Source of the DNA: a virus
Lineage: Duplodnaviria; Caudoviricetes
Length of the DNA: 64,000 nt
Direction: 5' to 3' (one strand)
IMG/VR virus record: IMGVR_UViG_3300031992_000067
Location: 1 to 64,000 of that record
Shown here: positions 35,297-45,429 of the stretch, in pieces
How positions within the stretch are numbered: the first letter of the stretch is position 1
Layout: each line of letters opens with the position of its first letter
The notes under the pieces: generated by a model
What the model was told of the DNA's origin: nothing
Seen by the model: only the letters and a program-made list of their open reading frames with translations
Database searches by the model: none
Made by a program: the position numbers and the translations under genes

Positions 35297-35569
35297 ATGG
35301 CAAAGATGGCAAAGCCCGGGTCTTTGATCCACGGCACGGGACGGTCGCGCCAAGACGTGGTCGACGACAACGATGTGGAAACAGTATTCAATCATATCAT
35401 ATGGAACGCTGTTGGCTCGGACGCTTATGACAGAATAGCCTGTCTCCTGTGGAGCGATGTGCTTCAGGACGTAAAGGAGTGCAGCGAGTTCCCTAAGAGG
35501 TTTAATGACGATGACGTACGAATGGCCATTGGAAGGGCCCTCTGCAAGAAGCTTGGACTGGAGGAGTAA
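35297..35569 (+). CDS. Hypothetical protein
   Basis: SD AAGGAG. Confidence 0.75.
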   Translation: MAKMAKPGSLIHGTGRSRQDVVDDNDVETVFNHIIWNAVGSDAYDRIACLLWSDVLQDVKECSEFPKRFNDDDVRMAIGRALCKKLGLEE

Positions 35570-35573
35570 TGAC

Positions 35574-36167
35574 ATGGTACGCATGGTAGCAATCGGCGCC
35601 GCGCTGTTCATGTGCGCTCTAAGCGTGGTGTTTGCCAGAGGCGCATACTACGTCAAAACAGATCCAGTTCCGGCATTCGTGTCGGACGACGCCTCGAATC
35701 TGTCGGTGGAGACGGTGGAGTGCATGTACCTAAAGCCGGACTTGAGATATATCGAGGCCGGAGATACGCATTGCGTGATCAACGCGACCGTGCACATAAG
35801 GCAGGTTTCGTCAAACTTCTATGACTATGCCTACGCACGCAAGCCTGAAAACAACGCGGTGGAAGGCGTAATGGCGAGATTTCTGGATTCCGATGGCCGC
35901 AGACTGCTGTCGGTGCCATGCGTCGTAACCGGGTCAGACATGATGTGGGGCATGGACGGCGTCAGGCTGGTGCAGTTCACGTGCTCGTTTATAATGACGC
36001 ATGGGAGACTGGAGTATCTGCTGGGCCGGGCGTGCAAGGTGTGCTTCGCGGATTCGCGTGGCAACTTGCTTGACCAATCAGGCAAGCCCATCGAATACAC
36101 GCTGTCTGATGAGGATATCGAAAAGCTGCGCAATCTGATGTCACTGGTTAAGCGCAACATAGGATGA
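35574..36167 (+). CDS. Signal-peptide-bearing hypothetical protein
   Basis: MVRMVAIGAALFMCALSVVFARG signal-like N-terminus; SD GAGGAG. Confidence 0.7.
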   Translation: MVRMVAIGAALFMCALSVVFARGAYYVKTDPVPAFVSDDASNLSVETVECMYLKPDLRYIEAGDTHCVINATVHIRQVSSNFYDYAYARKPENNAVEGVMARFLDSDGRRLLSVPCVVTGSDMMWGMDGVRLVQFTCSFIMTHGRLEYLLGRACKVCFADSRGNLLDQSGKPIEYTLSDEDIEKLRNLMSLVKRNIG

Positions 36168-36171
36168 TGAG

Positions 36172-36558
36172 ATGATAACCGAGAAGGTTGTCGAGCGGCT
36201 GCTCGACCTGTTGGACGAGTCGGTAAGCAAGTTCCGGACGCATATTACGCCGGGTCCAGAATGGCTGAGCGAGGTAAACTGGCTGGTTCACGACCTACGA
36301 CGTGACCTGGATTTGCAGCGGTTTGAGTTCGAAGGTCTGGCCCCGTACTCCGAGCTGAAGAAGCTCAAGGACAGGATCGACGAACTGGAGAAGGACAACA
36401 ACAAGCTTGAAGACGAGCTTGACGAGGCCCCTGACCAAGACGAGTTCAACGAGCTGGTCGAGGATAACGAGGATCTCAGGAAGCGGCTGTCCGAGCTGGA
36501 CAAGCTAATCGACGAGCTCACAAAAACCGGCATGGAGGACAAGGGTGTTCACGCATAA
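36172..36558 (+). CDS. Coiled-coil hypothetical protein
   Basis: E/D/K/L-rich heptads. Confidence 0.7.
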   Translation: MITEKVVERLLDLLDESVSKFRTHITPGPEWLSEVNWLVHDLRRDLDLQRFEFEGLAPYSELKKLKDRIDELEKDNNKLEDELDEAPDQDEFNELVEDNEDLRKRLSELDKLIDELTKTGMEDKGVHA

Positions 36559-36844
36559 ATTCTCGGATGTCAAAGGGGACGAATGCCCAAACAGCTATGA
36601 CTACAAACAGGTTAGAAAGAAGTACGAGGCAGGCGGGTACTGCAACTTCGGTATGGACAAGCTTCTGGCCTATGGTTTCATAGACTATCGCGGTTGGAGA
36701 TACGTATTCCACGACAAGGGCGAGCTACGCCGGTACCTGTATCTCCTTGACAACGGGGACACCGGAACGGGCTGGGCTCCGAGCATAAAGCTGCTTGAAA
36801 GGAACCTGCACCACAAGTTGGCAAGGGCATTCAGGATAAGCTAA
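36545..36844 (+). CDS. Hypothetical protein
   Basis: GTG after GGAGGA. Confidence 0.65.
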   Translation: MFTHKFSDVKGDECPNSYDYKQVRKKYEAGGYCNFGMDKLLAYGFIDYRGWRYVFHDKGELRRYLYLLDNGDTGTGWAPSIKLLERNLHHKLARAFRIS

Positions 36845-36857
36845 AAAGGGACCAAAT

Positions 36858-37241
36858 ATGATGGTATGGCTTGAAGGCGTTGAAGGCGCCTCGCTGGCAG
36901 GCATCCAGGTGTTCAGGACCTGGGAGAACCTGCGTGAGCATTGGCGTTTGAATCACAACGCCAGTAAAGCGCTGCTCGCCAGTCTTGACGAAGATGTGCG
37001 GAAGCTTATGAACGGCACCGCCATGTTCGCGGAGGTTGGATTTTACACGCAGGGAGACTATGGAGCAATACACTATTGTGCGCGACCCGTGGTCGTGGAC
37101 GACTGGTACGAAACCCCGGCCGATCGTGTCGAGGCGCTCAAGGGTGCTAGATTCACGCGGGACGAGATTGAGGACGCCCGTGGCATTCTGAACACCGTTG
37201 AGCAAGTGTTAAACAAGGAGGAGAACGATGACAACCAATGA
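36858..37241 (+). CDS. Hypothetical protein
   Basis: 127 aa. Confidence 0.7.
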   Translation: MMVWLEGVEGASLAGIQVFRTWENLREHWRLNHNASKALLASLDEDVRKLMNGTAMFAEVGFYTQGDYGAIHYCARPVVVDDWYETPADRVEALKGARFTRDEIEDARGILNTVEQVLNKEENDDNQ

Positions 37242-37740
37242 ACCTACCGGCGTTGAACTGCCGGTGACACAGGACGAAATCAACAAGTGGATCGTTGACG
37301 CAGGTCTCAAGGCCGTCACGGCCAAGCGCCTGTGCAACGTGATCGACAAGCTCGGAATCGACGGATTCGCGGCGTCAGGCAAGGGCGTATGGAACGAGAC
37401 GTACCACACGTGTGTTGAATCCAACGTAGACCTTGGAAAGGCCGGGCTCAAGGTCTTCGAGGACTGCGCCCGCTTCATCAAGGAGCGCAAGTTCCAGAAG
37501 AAACTCGAGATCCGCAAGCAAGAGAAGGCCAAGGCCGAAGAGGCCGCAATGGAGGCCGAACTCGCCAAGAAAGTGGCCGAAGACGAAAAGCGGATCAACC
37601 CGAAGTTCACACGTGCGCAAATGAAGAAGGTCGCGGACTTCATGGAGATGGAGGACATCCCGGAGGTCGACCTGAGGTGGGTCAACGACTTCTTCAAGAT
37701 GTTCCCCGTCAAAGAACCGGAACAAACCAAGGAGAACTAA
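37228..37740 (+). CDS. Hypothetical protein
   Basis: SD AAGGAGG; strong codon bias. Confidence 0.75.
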   Translation: MTTNEPTGVELPVTQDEINKWIVDAGLKAVTAKRLCNVIDKLGIDGFAASGKGVWNETYHTCVESNVDLGKAGLKVFEDCARFIKERKFQKKLEIRKQEKAKAEEAAMEAELAKKVAEDEKRINPKFTRAQMKKVADFMEMEDIPEVDLRWVNDFFKMFPVKEPEQTKEN

Positions 37741-37940
37741 TGAAGGCCAAGCCATGCACGGTATATGCCAACAACCGCTGGGGCTACTGCTACCAGCCGT
37801 TGAAGTGCGGCAGTATCAAGGAGGCGAAGGAACTTGTGCGAAACGCCGGGTTCTTCTTCGCCAGGATTGTCCCAGACAAAGTTCCAGGCACTACTGAGAA
37901 GGCGTGCGGGCGTGTTATCCGCATGTACGGGAGGTACTGA
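37740..37940 (+). CDS. Hypothetical protein
   Basis: TAATG coupling. Confidence 0.65.
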   Translation: MKAKPCTVYANNRWGYCYQPLKCGSIKEAKELVRNAGFFFARIVPDKVPGTTEKACGRVIRMYGRY

Positions 37941-38293
37941 TGGGATCTGGAAACAGGATAAAGCAGAGGCACACGAACGAACAGTTCCTTGAGATGGTTG
38001 AATACTACTACAAGGACTGGGAGGAGGCCAAGGACAACCTCAAGCACACGACGCTGAACCTGATCGTTGGAATGCTGGGCATGTTCCACAACAAGACATG
38101 CTGGCTGACCACTGTATACTGGGGCGCGAACGACGTGGTGTACGTCAAACTGGTAAGCCGTGACAGGGATCCTCAGGTCGTGTTCGGGTCCGACTTAGAC
38201 AAGGTTGAACGCGATGTGTTCGACCTGCCATTCGAAACCATGGCCAGTATCGCCGAGGAACTGCACGACGTTGTGACCCATAGGACGGTGTGA
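37940..38293 (+). CDS. Hypothetical protein
   Basis: TGATG coupling. Confidence 0.7.
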   Translation: MGSGNRIKQRHTNEQFLEMVEYYYKDWEEAKDNLKHTTLNLIVGMLGMFHNKTCWLTTVYWGANDVVYVKLVSRDRDPQVVFGSDLDKVERDVFDLPFETMASIAEELHDVVTHRTV

Positions 38294-38294
38294 C

Positions 38295-38711
38295 ATGACG
38301 ATTCCAGAGGTTGTAAAGGCGATGCGCCACTCCGTTCGGCCGGTAAGCTACGGCGGCGACATAGTGAGCGCCACGATGCCCGTTCCGGCCGACATCGAAC
38401 TGTGGGCATGCCGAATCGACGAGGCATACGGAGAGCTGGTGTCGGAACTGGTCAAGTTGAGTCGCGGCATTGACGGCATGCATCCGAATGACTGCGACGG
38501 CTGCGAACCGTCGGACGAGTACCTCAAGGAATACGCCGAGTCCGTTGACGCCAAGTACCCTCCGGAAGAAAGGAACGACGCCTGGACCGAAGACGCCAGG
38601 TGGGACATGGACTGTTGCGAGCAGTGCGGTAACAGCGACTGCGCCACGGTCAAGCTGCGCGAGTTCGTGGCTGCGCTCAAGTCAGAAGTCGGTGAAAAGG
38701 AGAAGAAATGA
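38295..38711 (+). CDS. Hypothetical protein with CxxC pairs
   Basis: CDGC...CCEQC...C. Confidence 0.7.
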   Translation: MTIPEVVKAMRHSVRPVSYGGDIVSATMPVPADIELWACRIDEAYGELVSELVKLSRGIDGMHPNDCDGCEPSDEYLKEYAESVDAKYPPEERNDAWTEDARWDMDCCEQCGNSDCATVKLREFVAALKSEVGEKEKK

Positions 38712-39787
38712 AGATAATGCACGTTTCAGACCTCCACCTGGGCTGCCGCCAGTACGGCATGGCCAGGCGCGAGGAGGACTTCTACACGGCGCTGGACAAC
38801 ATACTTGCCATTGTCAGTGATAAAAAAGTCGATAACGTAATCCTGGCTGGTGACGTATTTGACAGCCCGAAGCCGCCGGCTAAGGCCGTGCTGAAAATGA
38901 CGGAGTTCGTGAGAAACCTCTCGTACGCCGGAATCCCGGTGTACGGAATCGAGGGAAACCACGACAAGACTCAGGACAGCTACTGGCTTCGGGTGTGCGG
39001 TATACGACCGCTATACGGGGACAGCAAGTGGAATCTCGGCGACGGCGTATTCGCCTTCGGCCTTAACTTCGACCGTACCGAGGAGGTGCTTTCCTCGCTG
39101 GAGAAATTGGCGTACAACGCAGGCAAAATCCAGCTGATGGCGCTTCATCTGGGCGTGGCCGAGATGGGGGCCGGGTTCAACCCGGACTTGTCGCTGGACC
39201 AGCTGGCACCGCTCCTGGAGGAGCTGGGCGTACAGTACTGCGCGCTCGGGCACATTCACGTGCCGTCGGCGCAGAAGCGAGGGAACATCTGGTTCGTCCA
39301 GCCAGGCTCCATCGAGATGAAGTCCATTGACGAACCACAGGAAAAGGGCGTCGAAATCGTGGAGTTCAAGGACGGCAAGGTCATGAGCATGGAGCGCGTG
39401 GGCTTCCCCACCCGCAGGGTGCAGTTCCTTGACATCCGCTATGACGCGGACCTCGATCAGCTGACAGCCGGGCGTGCGGATGAACTAAGGGACGCGCTCG
39501 TAGTGGCGTATGTCCTGAACTCCATTCCAGACGGGGTGCGCCGCGTGACGGACTGGGGGCGCGAGCACGAGCTTATGTGCCGCGTGATGCCGGTCGGCGA
39601 TGACGCAAAGGTTCAAAAGGAGTACGACAGGTCAAACTCCATGAATCTTCTCAATGAGGCCGTGGAGACCTTCTTCGACGAGGACTCCGAGCAGTACAAG
39701 CTCGTCCTGGACATCCTCCACACCGGAAATCCGAGGCTGGTGATGGAGCGCTACATGAATTCGGACACAGACAAGGAGAACGCATAA
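38708..39787 (+). CDS. sbcD: Mre11/SbcD-family metallophosphoesterase nuclease
   Basis: SDLHLG, AGDVFD, EGNHD, MALH, ALGHIH, QPGS. Confidence 0.92.
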   Translation: MKIMHVSDLHLGCRQYGMARREEDFYTALDNILAIVSDKKVDNVILAGDVFDSPKPPAKAVLKMTEFVRNLSYAGIPVYGIEGNHDKTQDSYWLRVCGIRPLYGDSKWNLGDGVFAFGLNFDRTEEVLSSLEKLAYNAGKIQLMALHLGVAEMGAGFNPDLSLDQLAPLLEELGVQYCALGHIHVPSAQKRGNIWFVQPGSIEMKSIDEPQEKGVEIVEFKDGKVMSMERVGFPTRRVQFLDIRYDADLDQLTAGRADELRDALVVAYVLNSIPDGVRRVTDWGREHELMCRVMPVGDDAKVQKEYDRSNSMNLLNEAVETFFDEDSEQYKLVLDILHTGNPRLVMERYMNSDTDKENA

Positions 39788-40227
39788 TGCAACTGACAAT
39801 CGAGATACGACTGAACAATGGTGACCCGTGCCGCGTGGTTTATGAGGACGGCGCGATTCGCAAGTTCAACATCGAGATCCCCGGAACGTCCAAGGACCAG
39901 GTTAACGAGGCCAAGCTCATCCAGGCCGCACAGGGTCTGGCAGCGTATGAGGATGTCATCCCGTCACTCGTCAATGAGCTAAACGATATGATGAATGTTC
40001 CGGAAGAGCCTCCTCAGCCTTCTACACCACCTCAACCACCGGCCGGCATCGCCATCGACATGTCCGGGGAGCCGCATGTTGTTTCCACCGAAATCACCGA
40101 AGCCGAGGCGGAGAGCATGGACCCGGACAGTTCTGGCTATGAAGACACAACCCGTGCAGAGGCGGAGCTGGAAAACGACCCGGTAGCCAAGGACGCTTTT
40201 CCGTTTAATGGAGGGGAGCCGGCATGA
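39787..40227 (+). CDS. Acidic/Pro-rich hypothetical protein
   Basis: TAATG coupling. Confidence 0.7.
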   Translation: MQLTIEIRLNNGDPCRVVYEDGAIRKFNIEIPGTSKDQVNEAKLIQAAQGLAAYEDVIPSLVNELNDMMNVPEEPPQPSTPPQPPAGIAIDMSGEPHVVSTEITEAEAESMDPDSSGYEDTTRAEAELENDPVAKDAFPFNGGEPA

Positions 40228-40706
40228 CATACCCTCTCTTCGTAGACGTTGACTTCGAGCCCGTCGGAGAAGGTGAGACCCCCACGCCGCTTACCCCGGT
40301 GTCGGGGGTTTACCTGGGATACGAGGGCGAGAACGGCCTGGAGGCGTCGGAGTACTTTGACTGGGCTGCCGTCGCCGAGTACATCCGGGATTTCACATCC
40401 CAGTTCACCACGCGTATCGTAGGGTGGGACTTGAGGAACCTTGTGTGGCCGGCCATCGTCATGAACATCGTGTCGATGGGAGTCGATTTCCCGTCCAAGC
40501 TTGTAATTCCAATGGAGCGCAAGTGGAACGACGTTCCGATGGTGGACCTGAGGAACGTAGTGCTCCAGGGAGGGTTCTCGGATCGGAACATCAGCCTTGG
40601 AGACGCGTATCTGGCACTGACAAACTCAGCGGCTGACTTGAGCGGATCCAACAGGCTCATCGCGATACGCGACATTTACAACATGTACGTGAAGTACGAC
40701 AAGTAG
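40224..40706 (+). CDS. Degenerate PolB-type 3'-5' exonuclease-like protein
   Basis: FVDVDFE...IVGWDLRNLVWP..RKWN...VDL echoes the DxE / VGxN..FD pattern but lacks canonical ExoII/III acids. Confidence 0.4.
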   Translation: MTYPLFVDVDFEPVGEGETPTPLTPVSGVYLGYEGENGLEASEYFDWAAVAEYIRDFTSQFTTRIVGWDLRNLVWPAIVMNIVSMGVDFPSKLVIPMERKWNDVPMVDLRNVVLQGGFSDRNISLGDAYLALTNSAADLSGSNRLIAIRDIYNMYVKYDK

Positions 40707-40715
40707 GAGACAAGT

Positions 40716-40958
40716 ATGCGAAACATACCAGACAAGGACATGGCGATGATAACCGACTCCGTCGAGAGCCGCATCGTCGAGGCGCTTACGCCTCTGTACA
40801 ACCAGCTGGCAGAACAGTATGGATTCCCAAAGACCAACGCGGACGACATGTACGACGAGGGGATCGACACCGGCAAGCTACAGGAGATGCGTGAGCTCGC
40901 CATCCAGATGTTCTACCACTTAGGAATGGACATCCAAGGTGACGGAAAGGGATTCTAG
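40716..40958 (+). CDS. Hypothetical protein
   Basis: SD GGAG. Confidence 0.7.
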   Translation: MRNIPDKDMAMITDSVESRIVEALTPLYNQLAEQYGFPKTNADDMYDEGIDTGKLQEMRELAIQMFYHLGMDIQGDGKGF

Positions 40959-40971
40959 GAGGAGAAAAACG

Positions 40972-41262
40972 ATGACGAAAGAAGCTGAAGTAAAGTTATG
41001 CAAGGCCGCGGAAAAGGTGTTTGAACTCCGCGCCCAGAAGAAGGCAATTGAGGAAGAACTCAAGGGCTATGAGGATGAACTCAAGCAAGGGCTCAACGAG
41101 AACAGCCTGATTTCTGGCAGGTTCGGGTACTACAACGTGAAGCTCACGAAGGTTGCAGCGTCAAAGGTGGTGGACACCGTGGCGCTCAAGGCCGCCGGGC
41201 TCTTCGAAAAGTACTCAAAGGACAAGGCCGGGTACGACAAGCTCACCGTGGAGAAGGCGTAA
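40972..41262 (+). CDS. Helical basic protein
   Basis: ATG 40972 after GGAGGAG. Confidence 0.75.
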   Translation: MTKEAEVKLCKAAEKVFELRAQKKAIEEELKGYEDELKQGLNENSLISGRFGYYNVKLTKVAASKVVDTVALKAAGLFEKYSKDKAGYDKLTVEKA

Positions 41263-41802
41263 ATGGATCTTGGATTTCTAGACGGCCTTGCCGAGCCGAC
41301 AAAGTCGGAATGCCGGCGGTTGATTGCCGCCGCAATCGACATCAAGTCCGGCAAGCTGGCCGATGCCGTGATAAAGCTCCAGGCCTTCGCGGCCAACTGG
41401 CGTGTGGACCATCCGGACCTTCCGCTGGTACCCAGGCCGGACTACAAGAACGTCGAGGACAACCGGACGCCCACGGACAAACAGAAGGAGTACGCGCTCA
41501 AGGTGTCGATGTATACCGGCGTGCGACTCCCGGCGAAGTTCACCAGGTCGGAGATCTCAAAGTTCCTCGACGAGAACGCCCCGAAGTTATACAAGATCCT
41601 GGCGGACGCCAAAGAGCAGGGTGAGAACGCCGAACCGTTAATAACGGAGGAAGAGGCCGTTATGGACCTGAAGTCGGGTGCGTCCTGCGGCGTCGGTTCA
41701 GGAAGCTCCGGATGCAAGCGGTGCCAGGAGCGCCAGAAGGAATACACGGAGAATCACAAGGACGACGGAGAAGTCCAATACGCGGATGAAATGCCATTCT
41801 AG
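41263..41802 (+). CDS. Hypothetical protein
   Basis: PTDKQKEY..K...GV.LP..FTRSEISKFLD module. Confidence 0.75.
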   Translation: MDLGFLDGLAEPTKSECRRLIAAAIDIKSGKLADAVIKLQAFAANWRVDHPDLPLVPRPDYKNVEDNRTPTDKQKEYALKVSMYTGVRLPAKFTRSEISKFLDENAPKLYKILADAKEQGENAEPLITEEEAVMDLKSGASCGVGSGSSGCKRCQERQKEYTENHKDDGEVQYADEMPF

Positions 41803-41804
41803 GA

Positions 41805-42125
41805 ATGGTTATGAAGAAGTACACGCTTAATGGCATACGAAAGTCGGAAAGACGGCTTAAAAAGTGTCCGTTTTGCGGTAAGAGGCCTAAAATCGTCTTC
41901 ACGGACGACGAAGGCAATCCCAAGAACCAGGACTCCGAGGAGTATCTGGACGAACCGTGGTCTGGGCTTTATTTCTGGATCTCGCATCCGGAGAAGGATT
42001 GCGTAATCAGAACGGACTGGCGCGATCGTGACCACTACACGTGGGCGTACGACGCGCCTGAAGCCGCCGTCAGGGACTGGAACAGGAGGAAAAATGACAA
42101 AGTTGCCAAACCCGCCAAAAAGTAA
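41805..42125 (+). CDS. Lar (restriction-alleviation)-family-like zinc-finger protein
   Basis: LKKCPFCG...EAAVRDWNRR. Confidence 0.6.
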   Translation: MVMKKYTLNGIRKSERRLKKCPFCGKRPKIVFTDDEGNPKNQDSEEYLDEPWSGLYFWISHPEKDCVIRTDWRDRDHYTWAYDAPEAAVRDWNRRKNDKVAKPAKK

Positions 42126-42372
42126 AAAGCTGACCAAGAAGGTCGGTCTTGAATGCCTGGCGATACTGAACGACATTGACCGCGTGCTGTTTGACAGCAT
42201 GGCGCTGTGGCGTCCCGCCATGTGGATGACGATAGGCATCGCCGCAAAGACGGACGATGTAAACACATGGCTTCAGGAGCTCCACGACCGGATAGGCGCT
42301 GCGCGTGCGAACCTCAACGCATGGCACGACGCCGAGAAGGAGAAGGCGAAATGCCGAAAAGGGAGGAAGTGA
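42094..42372 (+). CDS. Hypothetical protein
   Basis: ATG 42094 after AGGAGG. Confidence 0.7.
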   Translation: MTKLPNPPKSKKLTKKVGLECLAILNDIDRVLFDSMALWRPAMWMTIGIAAKTDDVNTWLQELHDRIGAARANLNAWHDAEKEKAKCRKGRK

Positions 42373-42572
42373 TCTCCGTTGACAATCCGGAGTTCGCCAT
42401 TCTGGTACTGGGCGTGGAACGTCTGAACCGCGCCCGGTACCTGTGGAAGGGCAAGGATAGGACATACCCTGTAGACGAGATGACCGATGAGCATCTGGAG
42501 AACACGATAGCCCTGTTGCACAGGGTCATCGAGAAGAAAGACACCGTACTCGAGAACAAGGAGGAGCTATGA
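42351..42572 (+). CDS. Hypothetical protein
   Basis: ATG 42351; VDEMTDEHLENTI motif. Confidence 0.65.
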   Translation: MPKREEVISVDNPEFAILVLGVERLNRARYLWKGKDRTYPVDEMTDEHLENTIALLHRVIEKKDTVLENKEEL

Positions 42573-43144
42573 CACGGGAAGAAGAGGAATTGTGCGCCAG
42601 GATCAGGGAGACTGGCATGAAAAAGCTGGCGGAACGGCTTGACCGCCTTTCAGAGGTGACTGGCGTGCCGTGGTCGCGTGATTGCCTGGAGCACAGCGTA
42701 TATGCGGCGACAAAAGCCATGTGCGAGGCCGTATACGACTGGATACACGAGGTGTACTGCGAGCAGCGCGCCGGACGGGATACGTTCAGGAACCATGGCA
42801 TAAGAGTCGACGACCTGGACTACGCCTATTACGGAGGCGACGTCTCAGGGAACATGACTCTTGGCGACGGCGACTCCAGAAGGGAGATCAAGCTCGGGGG
42901 GCACGCCACCTGTTACGGCGGCAGGATCGCCTACCCGAGCATGAGGTGGAGCTACAAGAACGACAACACGTCTACACAAGTCCTTGACCTTCTGGCCGAT
43001 GATCTGAGGTACGTGGACGACCTTGTCGATTTCTGCGTCCGCTACAAGGCCGCAAAAGGCGAACTTGACGGCATCAAGGTCAACGAAAGCCTGGAGCGCG
43101 CCGCAAAGGCCCGACACCAGCTGGAGCTGCTGGAGAAACTTTAG
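42569..43144 (+). CDS. Hypothetical protein (paralogue of 50814-51356)
   Basis: C-terminus KARHQLELLEKL. Confidence 0.75.
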   Translation: MTREEEELCARIRETGMKKLAERLDRLSEVTGVPWSRDCLEHSVYAATKAMCEAVYDWIHEVYCEQRAGRDTFRNHGIRVDDLDYAYYGGDVSGNMTLGDGDSRREIKLGGHATCYGGRIAYPSMRWSYKNDNTSTQVLDLLADDLRYVDDLVDFCVRYKAAKGELDGIKVNESLERAAKARHQLELLEKL

Positions 43145-43152
43145 GAGGCGGC

Positions 43153-43503
43153 ATGAGCTTTAATGACTGTTTGTCCGGACTGCCCAAAATCAACTGGGCC
43201 AGGGTCAACCGGGAGAACGCACAGTATTACGCGGAGTCATACTGGTGCGTGGTTCACTACGAGACAAACCGCGTGTGGCGCCACGGGTATCCGAGCGACA
43301 TCACCAAGAACTGGGACAAGACGCATCCCATACGAGGGTTCGACCATGCCGAACGCCGTATGCGCTGGCTAACCACTGGCGACAGGGGCCTGTGGAAGAT
43401 TCGAGAAGTGTCTCCATACGAGTTGGAGCACGACTGTATCAGCAGCAAGGACAACCTTGGCAACGACGTCTACACGTTCAAAGACCTGAAGTACCCAGCG
43501 TAA
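43153..43503 (+). CDS. Hypothetical protein
   Basis: SD GGAGG. Confidence 0.7.
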   Translation: MSFNDCLSGLPKINWARVNRENAQYYAESYWCVVHYETNRVWRHGYPSDITKNWDKTHPIRGFDHAERRMRWLTTGDRGLWKIREVSPYELEHDCISSKDNLGNDVYTFKDLKYPA

Positions 43504-43525
43504 TACGCAACTGTAAGCAAGGATA

Positions 43526-43771
43526 ATGGACATGCCAAACTTGGAAGATGTCTCAGAGTACATGAAGGGCGTGGTGTGCAAGCCTTACAGCGATGGCGTG
43601 GACTATGACAAGATGGCCGAAAAGTTCCGGAAGCTAATATCCAGCACCCTTGGCACTGATAAGTTTGAAATCACCAAAGGTGAAACTCCAGGATCTCTCG
43701 TCGTCAATCTGTCGCCTGAGGCTATCGCGGCATACAATACCTTTATGGGGGAGGGATGTCATGAAGCTTGA
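43526..43771 (+). CDS. Hypothetical protein
   Basis: 81 aa. Confidence 0.65.
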   Translation: MDMPNLEDVSEYMKGVVCKPYSDGVDYDKMAEKFRKLISSTLGTDKFEITKGETPGSLVVNLSPEAIAAYNTFMGEGCHEA

Positions 43772-44171
43772 TTTTGACAAGCTTGACAACCGGATGCGTC
43801 TGGCGTTGAAGCAGAAATGCCTGATCGAGAAGGCCAGTCCGCGATGGCCTGGCGAGTATGAGAGACAAGAGGCTGACAAAAGAATTTCAGACTCGGAGCT
43901 GAAAGAATGGTTCGACGGCTATGACGGCGAGTTTTCTGAAGACGACTTGTGGCCCGAGGACACAAAACTTGTCGAATCAGGTGTGTTTCGCAGCCTCTCC
44001 GAAGACGAACAGATGGAAGCTCTTGAACTTCTTTCGCAGGCCTGCTCGGATCTTGATGCGTATGCATGCGACCGAGGATTCAGTTCATCCGCCGATGCTG
44101 ACGACCCGAAGGCGTTCCTGCTGAAAGTCGGGTATTTCAAAAGGGTGTGGGATGGAAAGGACAGGACATGA
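43761..44171 (+). CDS. Hypothetical protein
   Basis: ATG 43761 after GGAGGG. Confidence 0.7.
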   Translation: MKLDFDKLDNRMRLALKQKCLIEKASPRWPGEYERQEADKRISDSELKEWFDGYDGEFSEDDLWPEDTKLVESGVFRSLSEDEQMEALELLSQACSDLDAYACDRGFSSSADADDPKAFLLKVGYFKRVWDGKDRT

Positions 44172-45409
44172 CATATCTCGCGGGTGACCTCTTTTGTGGA
44201 TGCGGGGGCATGGCAACCGGGTCCATAAACGCGCTGGTGAAGCGTGGCCTTCCGTATGAGTTCTGGGCCGTTAATCATTGGTATAGGGCGGTGCAGACGA
44301 TGCAGCTCAACCATCCGAACGTCCATGTCTTCGAGGCCGACCTGTCATCGGCCAGGCCCCAGGACATCGTGACGTGCGGAAGGCTCAACCACCTTCATGC
44401 AAGCCCGCAGTGCACGCACTTCAGCAGGGCCCGCGGGGGAAGGCCAAAGGACCCGCAGCTCCGCGCCCAGCCCAACTGGGTGCTGGACTGGCTGGACGCC
44501 CTAAACGTGGACCGGCTGTCCATCGAGAACGTGCCAGAGTTCACGACGTGGGGTCCGCTGGACGAGAACGGGAAGCCGATCAAGTCACAGAAGGGGACGC
44601 TGTTCGACATCTGGCTCAAGTCCATCGAGGCGAGGAACTACAAGCTGGAATGGCGCGTGGTCAACTGCGCCGATTATGGCGACGCGACCACAAGGAAGCG
44701 CTTCTTCCTCAAGGCCGTCAAGAAAGGCTGCGGTGAGATACGTTGGCCGACTCCCGAGTTCTCGAAGGACGGGTCCACTGGCCGCAAGTGGCGCGGCGTC
44801 AGGGAGTGCATCGACTTCTCGGACATCGGAACGTCGATATTCAACCGGAAGAAGCCGCTGGTCAAGGCGACAATGGAGCGGATAGCCGTGGGGGCGAGGA
44901 AGTACTGGGGCGTTGACCTGGAGCCGTTCATCGTCAGGATGAACAACCACTGCTACGCGGAATCCATCGACGACCCGTGCTCGGCGCTTACGACTTCAGG
45001 GGCGCACCACATGCTGTGTACCCCTATAATCGTTGACCACTGCAACAACGGTGGGTGCCAGGACGGATCGAAGCCCACGGGCGTAGTCATGACGCACGAC
45101 CGGTACTCACTGGTTACCCCGATGGTGCTGGGGCAGCAGGGCGGAGCCGCGTGCAGGCCGACGGACGAGCCGTGCCCGACGCTGTCATGCGCGGGTGCCG
45201 TACGCGGGATATTCCCGCAGTTGGCTGACGGAAGGATTATCGACATCCACATCAGGATGCTTCGTCCAGACGAGCTGGCGAAGGTTCACTCGTTCCCGGA
45301 CAGCTACGTGATTACGGGCAACCGGAGCGAGAAAGTCAAGCAAATCGGGAACTCGGTTCCCGTCAGGACGGCAGAGGCCATGATGGCCGCCGACTTGGAA
45401 GTGGCATAA
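44168..45409 (+). CDS. C5 cytosine DNA methyltransferase (orphan)
   Basis: Motif I DLFCGCGG, IV ASPQC, VI IENV, VIII TRKRFF, X QIGNSVP. Confidence 0.92.
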   Translation: MTYLAGDLFCGCGGMATGSINALVKRGLPYEFWAVNHWYRAVQTMQLNHPNVHVFEADLSSARPQDIVTCGRLNHLHASPQCTHFSRARGGRPKDPQLRAQPNWVLDWLDALNVDRLSIENVPEFTTWGPLDENGKPIKSQKGTLFDIWLKSIEARNYKLEWRVVNCADYGDATTRKRFFLKAVKKGCGEIRWPTPEFSKDGSTGRKWRGVRECIDFSDIGTSIFNRKKPLVKATMERIAVGARKYWGVDLEPFIVRMNNHCYAESIDDPCSALTTSGAHHMLCTPIIVDHCNNGGCQDGSKPTGVVMTHDRYSLVTPMVLGQQGGAACRPTDEPCPTLSCAGAVRGIFPQLADGRIIDIHIRMLRPDELAKVHSFPDSYVITGNRSEKVKQIGNSVPVRTAEAMMAADLEVA

Positions 45410-45429
45410 ACAACAAGGAGGACAAGACC

